NCBI GenBank assembly: GCA_041572275.1
Contig: JBFFSQ010000001.1
Span: forward strand, 8,238-72,237
Reading direction: 5' to 3'
From: Gammaproteobacteria bacterium
GTDB taxonomy: Bacteria; Pseudomonadota; Gammaproteobacteria; SZUA-229
Length of the DNA: 64,000 nucleotides
In this document: piece after piece, positions 20,544-29,347 of the stretch
Position numbering within the stretch: position 1 is the stretch's first letter
Layout: every line of letters begins with the position of its first letter
The notes under the pieces: model-generated
The model's database searches: none
What the model was told of the DNA's origin: nothing
Seen by the model: the letters and a program-made list of their open reading frames with translations, nothing else
Position numbers and translations under genes: made by a program

Positions 20544-22634
20544 GTGGCAACAGAAAATAAAGTTAATATTTTTATTATTGATGACTCCTTTAACAATGAA
20601 GAAAAGGTTGTAAAAATCATGCGCGCCGGTGGATATGCAGCCCACACTACTCGCGTTGAAGATGACGAAGACCTGATTGAGGCACTCAAAAAGAAACAAC
20701 CGGACATTCTACTCTATGCAGTGGGCATGGAACTGATCACACTGGAACAAACCATCGCCTGTCTTCAGGAACACGTATCCGAACCAATCCCGGTAATAGC
20801 AGTCAACCGCGCTAACCATGAAACTGATGTGGTTACAGCCATGCGTGCAGGCGCCAAGGATCTCAGTGCCTACAGCAACCCTACACATCTTGAACTTGTC
20901 ATCAAACGCGAAATCGATGCGCATAGAAGCATCAAAAAACTGTTTCAGGTTGAAATGTCCAACAAGGAAACAGAAAGACGCTGCGAGGCACTACTTGATT
21001 CTTCACGTGATGCTATAGCCTATATACACGAAGGAATGCATGTATATAGTAATCAGTCATATTTAGATCTATTTGGCTTTAATGAATTTGAAGAACTTGA
21101 AGGCATGCCCATCCTCGACATGGTTGGCATGAACGACCGTGATAGCTTTAAAACGTTTTTGCGTGAACATTGCAAAGCGGGCGCCTGTAATGCCAGCAAC
21201 CTCGAACTCAACCTGAGAAACCCGGACAGCACTGAGTTTAAAGGTATCATGGAGTTTTCGCCGGCCAGTATCGAAGGTGAACCTTGTATTCAAATTATCA
21301 TTCGGAACCAGGTTGACAATAAAGAACTCGAAAAACAAATTGCCCTGATGGGACAAAAAGATTCTGTTACCGGCCTATATAACCGTCAGTTTTATCTTGA
21401 CTCACTTACAAAAACCGTTGATTCAGCCAAACAGGGCAAACTCAAGGCATGTGCTTTGATGATCCAGCTGGATAACTACAAAGAAATCAAACAAAGTATG
21501 GGTGTTATTGTCAGCGACCAGTTTCTGAATGAAATTTCTCGCCAATTTGAAAACAGTATTGCTAAAAACGACGTCCTTGCACACTTTGACGGCAGTATAT
21601 TCTCTATCATTGCCATGGACCAAACAGCTGCGTCTATAGAGAACTATGCAAAAAAAATCAGCAAAAACTGTGACGACTTCATTGCTAACATAAAAGGTCA
21701 ATCGATCAATTCGACCTGCAAGATTGGCATCAGCATAATCGATGAGAACGCCCCAGACACAGATGAAATACTGCTACGTGCAGAACGTGCCATACAGGAA
21801 AGCAAAACCTCAGGTGCAGATAGTATCGTTGTATATCGACCCAAAGAAGGTGAGCTTACACAAAAAGAAATTGATGCACAGATCGTCAATGACCTGAAGG
21901 ATGCTGTCACTAACAATCGATTCTTACTGTATTTCCAGCCTGTCATCAGTTTACATGGTGACCCTGACGAGCGTTATGAGGTGTTTGTCCGCATGAAAGA
22001 TAAAGATAATAATATCCTCATGCCTTCAGATTTTCTGCCAGCTGCTGAACGCACCGGCATGTCAATGACCATAGATCGCTGGGTATTGTTAAACACTATT
22101 ACCACCCTGACAAAATTATGGAAACAGGGTAAACGCACAATTTTCTTTGTCCGGCTCTCAAGCACGTCATTGAAAGACAGCAACCTGATGACCTGGCTAA
22201 AAGAACAACTTAAAAAATTCAATGTTCCTAAAGGCAGTATAGTCTTCCAGGTCAAAGAAAGCGCCGCAGTTACCAGTCTTAAGTACACTGCTGAACTAGC
22301 CAAGCAACTGAAACAACTCAACTGTGGTTTTGCCCTGGATGACTTTGGCAAAGGCAACAACCCATTTGAGATACTTAAACACATACCGGTTGATTATCTG
22401 AAACTTGAGCGCTCATTTATGGAAAACATATCTGAAAGCAGCGAGAACCAGGATGCTATCAAGAAAATCACAGAAACTGCCATGGAAATGAACAAGTTCA
22501 CAATTGCCCAATGCGTTGAAGACGCCACCAGTCTGTCGGTACTCTGGGGCATGGGAATTAATTTCATCCAGGGCAATTTCCTCCAGGAACCCACTCCAGA
22601 TCTGGATTACGACTTCAGTTCAATGACCGGTTAG
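20544..22634 (+). CDS. FimX-like c-di-GMP receptor: degenerate REC - PAS - degenerate GGDEF - degenerate EAL
   Basis: 696 aa. The REC has Tyr at the phospho-acceptor position (PDILLYAVG). A PAS-like block follows (~130-250). The GGDEF is replaced by DGSIF (HFDGSIFSII). The EAL is replaced by EVF (ERYEVFVRM), while other EAL binding-site motifs are kept (DDFGKG, KLERSF, QGNF). The architecture equals P. aeruginosa/Xanthomonas FimX. Confidence 0.8.
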   Translation: MATENKVNIFIIDDSFNNEEKVVKIMRAGGYAAHTTRVEDDEDLIEALKKKQPDILLYAVGMELITLEQTIACLQEHVSEPIPVIAVNRANHETDVVTAMRAGAKDLSAYSNPTHLELVIKREIDAHRSIKKLFQVEMSNKETERRCEALLDSSRDAIAYIHEGMHVYSNQSYLDLFGFNEFEELEGMPILDMVGMNDRDSFKTFLREHCKAGACNASNLELNLRNPDSTEFKGIMEFSPASIEGEPCIQIIIRNQVDNKELEKQIALMGQKDSVTGLYNRQFYLDSLTKTVDSAKQGKLKACALMIQLDNYKEIKQSMGVIVSDQFLNEISRQFENSIAKNDVLAHFDGSIFSIIAMDQTAASIENYAKKISKNCDDFIANIKGQSINSTCKIGISIIDENAPDTDEILLRAERAIQESKTSGADSIVVYRPKEGELTQKEIDAQIVNDLKDAVTNNRFLLYFQPVISLHGDPDERYEVFVRMKDKDNNILMPSDFLPAAERTGMSMTIDRWVLLNTITTLTKLWKQGKRTIFFVRLSSTSLKDSNLMTWLKEQLKKFNVPKGSIVFQVKESAAVTSLKYTAELAKQLKQLNCGFALDDFGKGNNPFEILKHIPVDYLKLERSFMENISESSENQDAIKKITETAMEMNKFTIAQCVEDATSLSVLWGMGINFIQGNFLQEPTPDLDYDFSSMTG

Positions 22635-22668
22635 CCTTAGTGACAAACTTAAGCCTTTAAATATAAAG

Positions 22669-23172
22669 TCACACTGTTTTCGTCTGACGAAATTTCTCAG
22701 CAAACTGATCAGGAATTTCACCATTCGTTGCTAAATTAATGGCACTGGACTCCAGGTAAAAATTCACCATCACCATAATCAGCACGGGCATTATTGATAT
22801 GCGAATAAAAACTGTCTGCAATATTGATGTCATGTTGGGATCATCTACAGATAATGACAACAACCAGCCCAAACACATCAATACTAAGGTCAGACCATAT
22901 GAAATTAGCATCAAACGATAACGATGACAGGCAAGCTTCCAATGACCAAGAATAAACCAGTGGTCATACTTGTCCTTAGCTCTGCTCTGTAAACAGGTAT
23001 AAACCATCACAGCTAATGACAGCAACAATGGTAACAACATAGCTTTAAACCCGATATCAAGTGCAATAATGGCGGGTGTCATCAGTAAATGAAACAGCGC
23101 AAGATTCAGCATAAACAGATTATGCGGCAATTTGGCTTTAGATATTAACCCCGCATCTAAATCAACAATCAT
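22669..23172 (-). CDS. Hypothetical integral membrane protein (167 aa, about 4 TM)
   Basis: Hydrophobic segments only; no motif recognised. Confidence 0.4.
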   Translation of the reverse strand: MIVDLDAGLISKAKLPHNLFMLNLALFHLLMTPAIIALDIGFKAMLLPLLLSLAVMVYTCLQSRAKDKYDHWFILGHWKLACHRYRLMLISYGLTLVLMCLGWLLSLSVDDPNMTSILQTVFIRISIMPVLIMVMVNFYLESSAINLATNGEIPDQFAEKFRQTKTV

Positions 23173-23348
23173 TAATGACTCCTGGTAACGTAATCGCGTG
23201 CAGTGTCAGATATCGATAGAAGACCTAAAAACAACTATTAAAACACCCCACCCATCCTTTCAGCACTCCAGACCAATACAATCGATACTTATTCATCACG
23301 ATAATACAGGATATAATTGATTTTTCATCCATTGGCTCTGGTTCATAC

Positions 23349-24083
23349 ATGTTAGATTCACTCTCAGCCGTTCAGCTGCTACTGGCTGTGCTGATAATCA
23401 TCATCGCCTTTCTGGTGAGAGGCATTACAGGCTTCGGATCCGGACTCATTGCCATACCATTGCTGGCACTCATGCTCCCGCTATCCATTGTGGTTCCCAT
23501 GGTAGGGCTCCTCGACTACATCGCAGCTAATAGTCATGGCATCAAGCATCGTCAATCCATTAACTGGGAAAGCATCTTGCCACTCCTACCCTTTACCTTT
23601 ATCGGAGTGCTATCGGCACTGTACCTGTTTAAGACAGTTGATGCCGATATTCTGCGAAAAGCATTAGGGGGGTTTATTATTTTTTATGCACTGTATTCTT
23701 TATTTTCAACCGCCAGCAGCAAACAGGGCTCACGTCTCTGGGCTATTCCTGCGGGGAGCCTTGGAGGTTTCATCAGTACATTATTTGGGACAGGTGGCCC
23801 CTTCTATGTGCTGTACCTGAGAATCCGCCACCTTGACAAACAGGCATTCCGGGCCACTACAGCGATGATTTTTGTCATTGATGGCAGCAGCCGTATTATC
23901 GGCTATATTTTTTCTGGTTTTTATACTACCGAAACCCTGCTGCTTGTGGCGATAGCATTACCCATTATGATGATCGGAATGTACGTGGGTGGCCATATAC
24001 ACACTTCACTTAGCCAACAGGATTTTCAGCGTGGCATAGGCATTTTACTCATTGGCAGTGGGCTAGCCCTGCTTTTACAATAA
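23349..24083 (+). CDS. TauE/SafE (TSUP, DUF81) family membrane transporter
   Basis: 244 aa with two TSUP half-repeats carrying Gly-rich motifs (GITGFGSGLIAIPLL ... FGTGGPFYVLYL). Confidence 0.75.
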   Translation: MLDSLSAVQLLLAVLIIIIAFLVRGITGFGSGLIAIPLLALMLPLSIVVPMVGLLDYIAANSHGIKHRQSINWESILPLLPFTFIGVLSALYLFKTVDADILRKALGGFIIFYALYSLFSTASSKQGSRLWAIPAGSLGGFISTLFGTGGPFYVLYLRIRHLDKQAFRATTAMIFVIDGSSRIIGYIFSGFYTTETLLLVAIALPIMMIGMYVGGHIHTSLSQQDFQRGIGILLIGSGLALLLQ

Positions 24084-24182
24084 TCAATCCAAAAAAATCC
24101 AAAGCAGATGTTCTTAAAAAAATATGATATAAACAATTACACAACAGATCACCCCAGCAATTACCAGTTATAGGTAAGTATC

Positions 24183-24695
24183 ATGAAACATCTACTTAAA
24201 ATTGTCTCCATCTTTTCACTGCTCTACTTGTCTGGATGCTCAATGCATCACCCACAAAGTGCAGCAGAATTTCGCAAACTACTGCCTGAAAGTACATTTG
24301 GAGAAATTGAAAAATTCACTGTTAATCAACCTTTGCATAAAATCGGCAACGCTTTTAAAAAGAAAGCACCCGAGTGCCTTAACGTCACCATCAGAACAGA
24401 ATCCTGGGTAAACAACAGCTATCAAGTTTATAACACAACCTATAAGCCAACCGTAAAAGTCAGCACCAAAAAAGTCGAGTTACATATACAACAACATATT
24501 GACAACACTCTCAAAATATCCAAAGAACCTGAGGGCGGCTACTATATGATGGTTGTTGATGTTGTACCGATTAACAAAAAGAAATCACAAGTGACCATGT
24601 ACCGTGCTTCGTTTGGCAATGACCTCATTATTAAAAGCATCAAACGCTGGGCCAATGGTAAAACACGCGGCTGCCCCGACATGACGAAGAATTGA
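24183..24695 (+). CDS. Hypothetical lipoprotein (170 aa)
   Basis: Signal peptide with lipobox LSGC. It is Lys/Asn-rich with no recognised domain. Confidence 0.5.
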   Translation: MKHLLKIVSIFSLLYLSGCSMHHPQSAAEFRKLLPESTFGEIEKFTVNQPLHKIGNAFKKKAPECLNVTIRTESWVNNSYQVYNTTYKPTVKVSTKKVELHIQQHIDNTLKISKEPEGGYYMMVVDVVPINKKKSQVTMYRASFGNDLIIKSIKRWANGKTRGCPDMTKN

Positions 24696-24722
24696 TTCGT
24701 CTATTACTGAGAATTTAAACCT

Positions 24723-25193
24723 ATGACACGACTCATTGCTTTATTGTTAGCCGGCAGCCTTCTTATCGGCTGTTCAACACTGAAACCCTATCCAAACACA
24801 CTACAAAAGAACACCTTTGTAAGCATAAAAACCGATTCAGGCTCAATGCTCACTAACATTGTAGTTGCTGTTGATATATTTGATGTAGATGCGAACTGCA
24901 AGCTAACATATAAGGGTACAGTAGATCTGGACAAACCAGTAACTGAAGTTGGTCTGGCAACCGACAGAACCAGTTATTTAGGCTTTATATTTAAAACCAA
25001 AGGATTTTTTAGCTCATCAACCAGTAGCATGAGTTATTACACTTTACTCAAACCTCGCAAGAAATACCGCTACAATGTTAACGTGAGCTATGAAGATAAT
25101 ATCTATGATGTGGAAATTCGTGAAACTCGCTCTCGTAAACAGAAAGGCAAGGAAATCAACCGCAAAGAACTGAACAGTTGCCGCAGTTTATAA
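24723..25193 (+). CDS. Hypothetical lipoprotein (156 aa)
   Basis: Signal peptide with lipobox LIGC. It lies immediately downstream of the first lipoprotein. Confidence 0.5.
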   Translation: MTRLIALLLAGSLLIGCSTLKPYPNTLQKNTFVSIKTDSGSMLTNIVVAVDIFDVDANCKLTYKGTVDLDKPVTEVGLATDRTSYLGFIFKTKGFFSSSTSSMSYYTLLKPRKKYRYNVNVSYEDNIYDVEIRETRSRKQKGKEINRKELNSCRSL

Positions 25194-25209
25194 CAAACGA
25201 TTTAGCAGA

Positions 25210-25256
25210 AAAAATTGCAGTATTAAATCCAGTAACTGGATTTAATACTGCTTTTT
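25210..25256. terminator. Rho-independent, probably bidirectional terminator
   Basis: An A6 run, then gcagtattaaatcc / ggatttaatactgc (a perfect 14-bp stem with a 7-nt loop), then TTTTT. It sits between the convergent lipoprotein gene and the small membrane-protein gene. Confidence 0.6.
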
Positions 25257-25259
25257 ACA

Positions 25260-25481
25260 TCATACTATTTTTTTCCAGTTCCTGACAAACCAGCCTAACA
25301 CCACAATACCCACACCTATGGAAAGGCCGAGCTGATCAGCATCTTTATAATACATGCCGAATTTATCAACTCTGAATGCAAACAGGTGATAACTCGTTAT
25401 TGCGGCACCAAATACAAATAGAGCCGTTACCAGCAGTCTTAATAGCTGTTGTTGATCTGTGAAGAAAGTCTTAACTGTCAT
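25260..25481 (-). CDS. Hypothetical small membrane protein (73 aa, 2 TM)
   Basis: Two hydrophobic helices (LLVTALFVFGAAITSY; LSIGVGIVVLGWFV). Low confidence that it is real. Confidence 0.35.
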   Translation of the reverse strand: MTVKTFFTDQQQLLRLLVTALFVFGAAITSYHLFAFRVDKFGMYYKDADQLGLSIGVGIVVLGWFVRNWKKIV

Positions 25482-25654
25482 TGATCACTCCCTAATACTG
25501 TTAGATTAAATAATTATTAAAAACAGACAGTCATACTATCCCAACATTTACCAACTACTGAACTTGATATACTCAGAAATGTTAATTACTTCACTTATAA
25601 TAGTTTCTGAATTCAGAAACATTACTCTAAAGCTAAATTGCTGACAGAATCTGC

Positions 25655-26428
25655 TTATGATTTCACAACCGTTCCATCCCAGAATTGCTCATCAAATTTT
25701 TTCAGCTTATTGCTTCTAATCATCGAGCGAATTTCCTTAACATACGCCTTACCGCGAGACGAATATTTGATCAGACCTTCTGCCAGGCTATAACCGGCCA
25801 ACATGCTTTTCTTTTGGCGAAGATTAAAACGCATATTTCTTAAAGATGAATAAGCGCGGCTGATGTTGATGTTTTTTAGATATGAACGCACCGAGTCTAA
25901 AGTAGAGGCAAACTTCCTAACCTCATGTTTGGAACCCGCAGAACGTTGTGCAGGCACTATTCCACAGCCTTTCTTGAAACACCATTGACCAAAAAAATTA
26001 TTAGCCTGCTTAGCAAATCTGGAAGTACCCCAGGCCGACTCATTAGCTGATTGTGCCAGCGCTAATGATGGCGGCACATAATCAACAATTTTGTACAAGG
26101 TTTCCACGTTTTTCTTTGAGATAACATCTTTGGATTTGATCTCATATTCATCGGATACCTTGCGTATAAACGCTAGCTCTTCCGTTGTCAGCTTATTTCC
26201 TGCAGCCATCTTAAGTCGAATCTGCCTGATTTTACTGCGCTTAATCAGTATTTCCTTATTCGCTTGCTCAATCAATGGGTACATATACGCAAAGAAAGCG
26301 CGCTTTTTCTGTTTCACATCCTTCATCGCAGCGAAATCAGGTACTGCAGCTCCTGCATTCAACGACATCATAGTAAGGACAACGATAGCCAGGCCAAAAG
26401 ACCCGTTAAACTTGTTTATAATGCTCAT
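25655..26428 (-). CDS. bax: Bax-family protein (FlgJ-like glucosaminidase domain)
   Basis: 257 aa with a signal peptide. The glucosaminidase-type core (LALAQSANESAWGTSRFAKQANNFFGQW) resembles E. coli Bax. Confidence 0.7.
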   Translation of the reverse strand: MSIINKFNGSFGLAIVVLTMMSLNAGAAVPDFAAMKDVKQKKRAFFAYMYPLIEQANKEILIKRSKIRQIRLKMAAGNKLTTEELAFIRKVSDEYEIKSKDVISKKNVETLYKIVDYVPPSLALAQSANESAWGTSRFAKQANNFFGQWCFKKGCGIVPAQRSAGSKHEVRKFASTLDSVRSYLKNINISRAYSSLRNMRFNLRQKKSMLAGYSLAEGLIKYSSRGKAYVKEIRSMIRSNKLKKFDEQFWDGTVVKS

Positions 26429-26599
26429 ATATTATGATTCTTTAATATTTAAAACGGCTAATTATTTTACCCAACCAGCGTGAAATTGCATACGATGGAA
26501 TTCAAATATCCGAGAAATACTATGCTAAGCTAATATGTACACGCACTTCAGCAGGAGCACGTTTAAATCCCCCCACAAATGACTATGTAGGAGATAATC

Positions 26600-26944
26600 A
26601 TGCACATTGATATCCACAACAAACACATAGAAACAAATGAACAGGGTTTTTTATATCACCTGGATGACTGGAACGAAGACTATGCCAACGAAATGGCCCA
26701 ACGTGATGGCATCACCTTATACAATGATCACTGGGAACTGATCCTCTATTTCCGTGAATACTTTAATCAGAATCACGTTAACCCGACCATGCATCAGATC
26801 ATATGCACACTGGGCAAAACAAAAGGTAAACGTTTTCACGAGCAAAAGGCTTACGAAAAACATATTTATCAGCTGTTCCCTAAAGATCCTGCCCATGAAG
26901 TATGTAAACTTGCTGGCCTACCCATGCCCCAGCCAGATACTTAA
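26600..26944 (+). CDS. DsrC/TusE-family protein lacking the C-terminal catalytic cysteine
   Basis: 114 aa, aligns well to E. coli TusE (EGY..., HW..., YLYRLFPKGPA, KIAGLP). The C-terminus is ...VCKLAGLPMPQPDT*; the canonical end is ...GLPKPxxC[VI]. It retains a Cys at the DsrC CysB-equivalent position (VCKLAG). Confidence 0.75.
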   Translation: MHIDIHNKHIETNEQGFLYHLDDWNEDYANEMAQRDGITLYNDHWELILYFREYFNQNHVNPTMHQIICTLGKTKGKRFHEQKAYEKHIYQLFPKDPAHEVCKLAGLPMPQPDT

Positions 26945-26958
26945 ACACTATTAATCTT

Positions 26959-26999
26959 ACACAAACAAAAAGCCCGTATTGCGGGCTTTTTGTTTGTGT
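26959..26999. terminator. Bidirectional rho-independent terminator
   Basis: acacaaacaaaaagcccg-tattg-cgggctttttgtttgtgt forms a perfect extended palindrome. It has a GC core stem with an A-tract on one side and a T-tract on the other, and lies between convergent genes. Confidence 0.7.
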
Positions 27000-27218
27000 A
27001 ATCATACGGTACTCGATGACATTTATTTACGTACTAACACCAATACCCCGGCTATAACAGCAATAAGTCCGATGATAAGATCGTCATAACGAAAACTGAG
27101 ATTGGCAATCGATACCAAGCCATTCAACATCAACCACAGACCTAAAAATATTGGCCACAACTTCATAATCTCCCCCTATAACGTTTTGATAAAATCGATG
27201 AACGGCCTCAGCTTATAC

Positions 27219-28073
27219 TCAAGCCTTATCCTGCTCCTGACAAATCATATCTGGTGTTTCCAGGCTGATTTTTCCCAGTACTCCGGTCCTGATATCATTG
27301 ATTAACACTTCAGACGCCTTGTGCATATCAACGATACCTCCAGCTCGCAAACATCCTCGTTTTCGACCAATCATGTCCAGTAGCTCCATATCCGTTGTCG
27401 GCAACTCCTTGAGCTTGTAACGTTCAATCAATAAGTCTGAATATGACCGCAACAAAAATTCTGCTGCATACAATGCAACATCTTCATATTCAATAGCTGT
27501 ATTTTTTACTGCACCCGTGATGGCCAGCCGATAGCCACTATTCACATTTTCAAACTTCGGCCATAAGATGCCAGGAGTATCTGACAAGATAATGCCATTT
27601 CCCAATTCAATACGTTGCTGATGACGAGTGACCGCTGGTTCATCACCTGTTTTTGCAATCACTTTACCCGCCAGTGAATTAATTAGCGTGGATTTCCCTA
27701 CATTAGGAATTCCCATTATCATGGTCCGGATAGGTTTGCTGACACGATTTCGATCTGGCAACATCTTGCGACACAGATCAGGTAATTTACGAACCTGTGA
27801 TTTTTCGCTAGCCATCAACGCCTGCGCCTTAACACCTTTCTCCTGCTCAAGATAGCTGATCCATAATTGAGTTACTTTGGGATCCGCAAGATCACTCTTG
27901 TTTAAGATCTTAATGCAGGGCCGATGACCTCTAAGTTCCGTAACCAGCGGATTTTCACTACTAAATGGCAGACGGGCATCCATTACCTCAATCACCAGGT
28001 CAATTTGCGGCATGGCTTCTTTAATCTGCTTACGAGCCTTATGCATATGCCCTGGATACCAATGAACTGCCAT
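27219..28073 (-). CDS. rbgA: Ribosome biogenesis GTPase A (YlqF/RbgA)
   Basis: Circularly permuted GTPase: ILNKSDL (G4) precedes GIPNVGKSTLINSL (G1) and LSDTPG (G3). The N-terminus reads MAVHWYPGHMHKARK. Confidence 0.9.
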   Translation of the reverse strand: MAVHWYPGHMHKARKQIKEAMPQIDLVIEVMDARLPFSSENPLVTELRGHRPCIKILNKSDLADPKVTQLWISYLEQEKGVKAQALMASEKSQVRKLPDLCRKMLPDRNRVSKPIRTMIMGIPNVGKSTLINSLAGKVIAKTGDEPAVTRHQQRIELGNGIILSDTPGILWPKFENVNSGYRLAITGAVKNTAIEYEDVALYAAEFLLRSYSDLLIERYKLKELPTTDMELLDMIGRKRGCLRAGGIVDMHKASEVLINDIRTGVLGKISLETPDMICQEQDKA

Positions 28074-28161
28074 TTATTTTTCCTGTAATAAGTGTATCGC
28101 TATTCTAACTCATTAGAATATGAATAAAAAATTGATAACCTGTGGCTAACCAACACAGCCA

Positions 28162-29298
28162 TTATTGACGGCAGGCTCTAAGAATTGTGAATTTGGGATT
28201 AGAGGCTATCAGCTCGCAATTACCAAATATCCGTTTGATTGAAACAGGATAGTCTAAATGACGATTGCCAATGACCCATAATTCCCCGCCTTGCCTGAGT
28301 ACATCTTTTGATTGTTTAAACATACGCATGGCTATCTGATCGCCCACACTACTTTGTTGATGAAAAGGTGGATTGCACAAGATCAAATCTGCAGAACCTG
28401 TTTTAAAGCCGGCCAAACAGTCATTAGCCTGAAAGTAGGCTTTGCGTGAATCATTCCACTGCCGCCTGAAGTTTTCTTCTGCTGAAGCAACTGCCATGAA
28501 TGACTCATCAACAAAAGAAATCGTCGCCTGGGGATGCGTCAAGGATGCCATAAGCCCGACCACACCATTACCACATCCCAGATCAATAATATCTCGGGCT
28601 GATGTTTTCTGTGGCAAATGCTTAAGAAAGAAACGCGTGCCAATATCCAGGCTGTCCCGTGAAAACACATTGGCATGATTACAGATAGTGATCTCTGTAT
28701 CTTCAAGCTGATAACACAAAGGATAAGGGCTGATTGCTGTTATTTCATGCACCTGAGCATTCACAAAAATCAACCGTGCTTTTTTACGAGCCAGTGATGT
28801 TTGTGTAGATCCAAGCAAGCGCTCAAATAATACCCAGACAGATTTTGGCATCCCTTTTATCATGCCTGCGCCGATAATGGTGGTGGTCGGCGTTATACAG
28901 GGTCGAATCCGAATAAGCTCATCTTCCAACAACGCCAGTGTTTTCGGTACTTTGATCAACACCAGATCAAAACTACCGGAAGGCTGTTCCAGGCTATTCA
29001 GCAAATGAACACTGTTTGCTGATAAACCATTTTCGACCAGGTTCATCTGCGTCGCGGCATGAGATAAATAGGAGTCAGATAAGGCATAAGGCTGAAATGC
29101 ATTTAATGCAACGGCAAGAGCACCGAAGCTATCATTAACAATCAGCAAGCGCGTCGCAGATGAAACAACGTGTTCCTCAGCCAGATAATTCAGCAAATAC
29201 TCGTCAGCAGCATCCCAGGCCCTTAACAGTTCGCGTTTACGCGAGGGCAAGCGCTTAAGCGTGAACTCACCCTGCGGAACACACAACAAGGTATCCAT
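28162..29298 (-). CDS. rlmG: 23S rRNA (guanine1835-N2)-methyltransferase RlmG
   Basis: 378 aa, collinear with E. coli RlmG (WEAADEYLL..., LIKVPKTLALLE, HANVFSR, DLGCGNGV, CNPPFH, VIGNRHLDY...KFTIL). Confidence 0.85.
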   Translation of the reverse strand: MDTLLCVPQGEFTLKRLPSRKRELLRAWDAADEYLLNYLAEEHVVSSATRLLIVNDSFGALAVALNAFQPYALSDSYLSHAATQMNLVENGLSANSVHLLNSLEQPSGSFDLVLIKVPKTLALLEDELIRIRPCITPTTTIIGAGMIKGMPKSVWVLFERLLGSTQTSLARKKARLIFVNAQVHEITAISPYPLCYQLEDTEITICNHANVFSRDSLDIGTRFFLKHLPQKTSARDIIDLGCGNGVVGLMASLTHPQATISFVDESFMAVASAEENFRRQWNDSRKAYFQANDCLAGFKTGSADLILCNPPFHQQSSVGDQIAMRMFKQSKDVLRQGGELWVIGNRHLDYPVSIKRIFGNCELIASNPKFTILRACRQ

Positions 29299-29347
29299 AG
29301 ACTCAATACCTCATCTGATAATATCTGCCTGTGCGTTGTCAGCCTTG

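Noticed and set aside
27023-27136. 37-codon hydrophobic ORF downstream of rbgA (minus strand)
   Set aside because: It is very short with no SD. On re-translation my initial reading was wrong by one base, and the correct frame ends early. It is probably noise.
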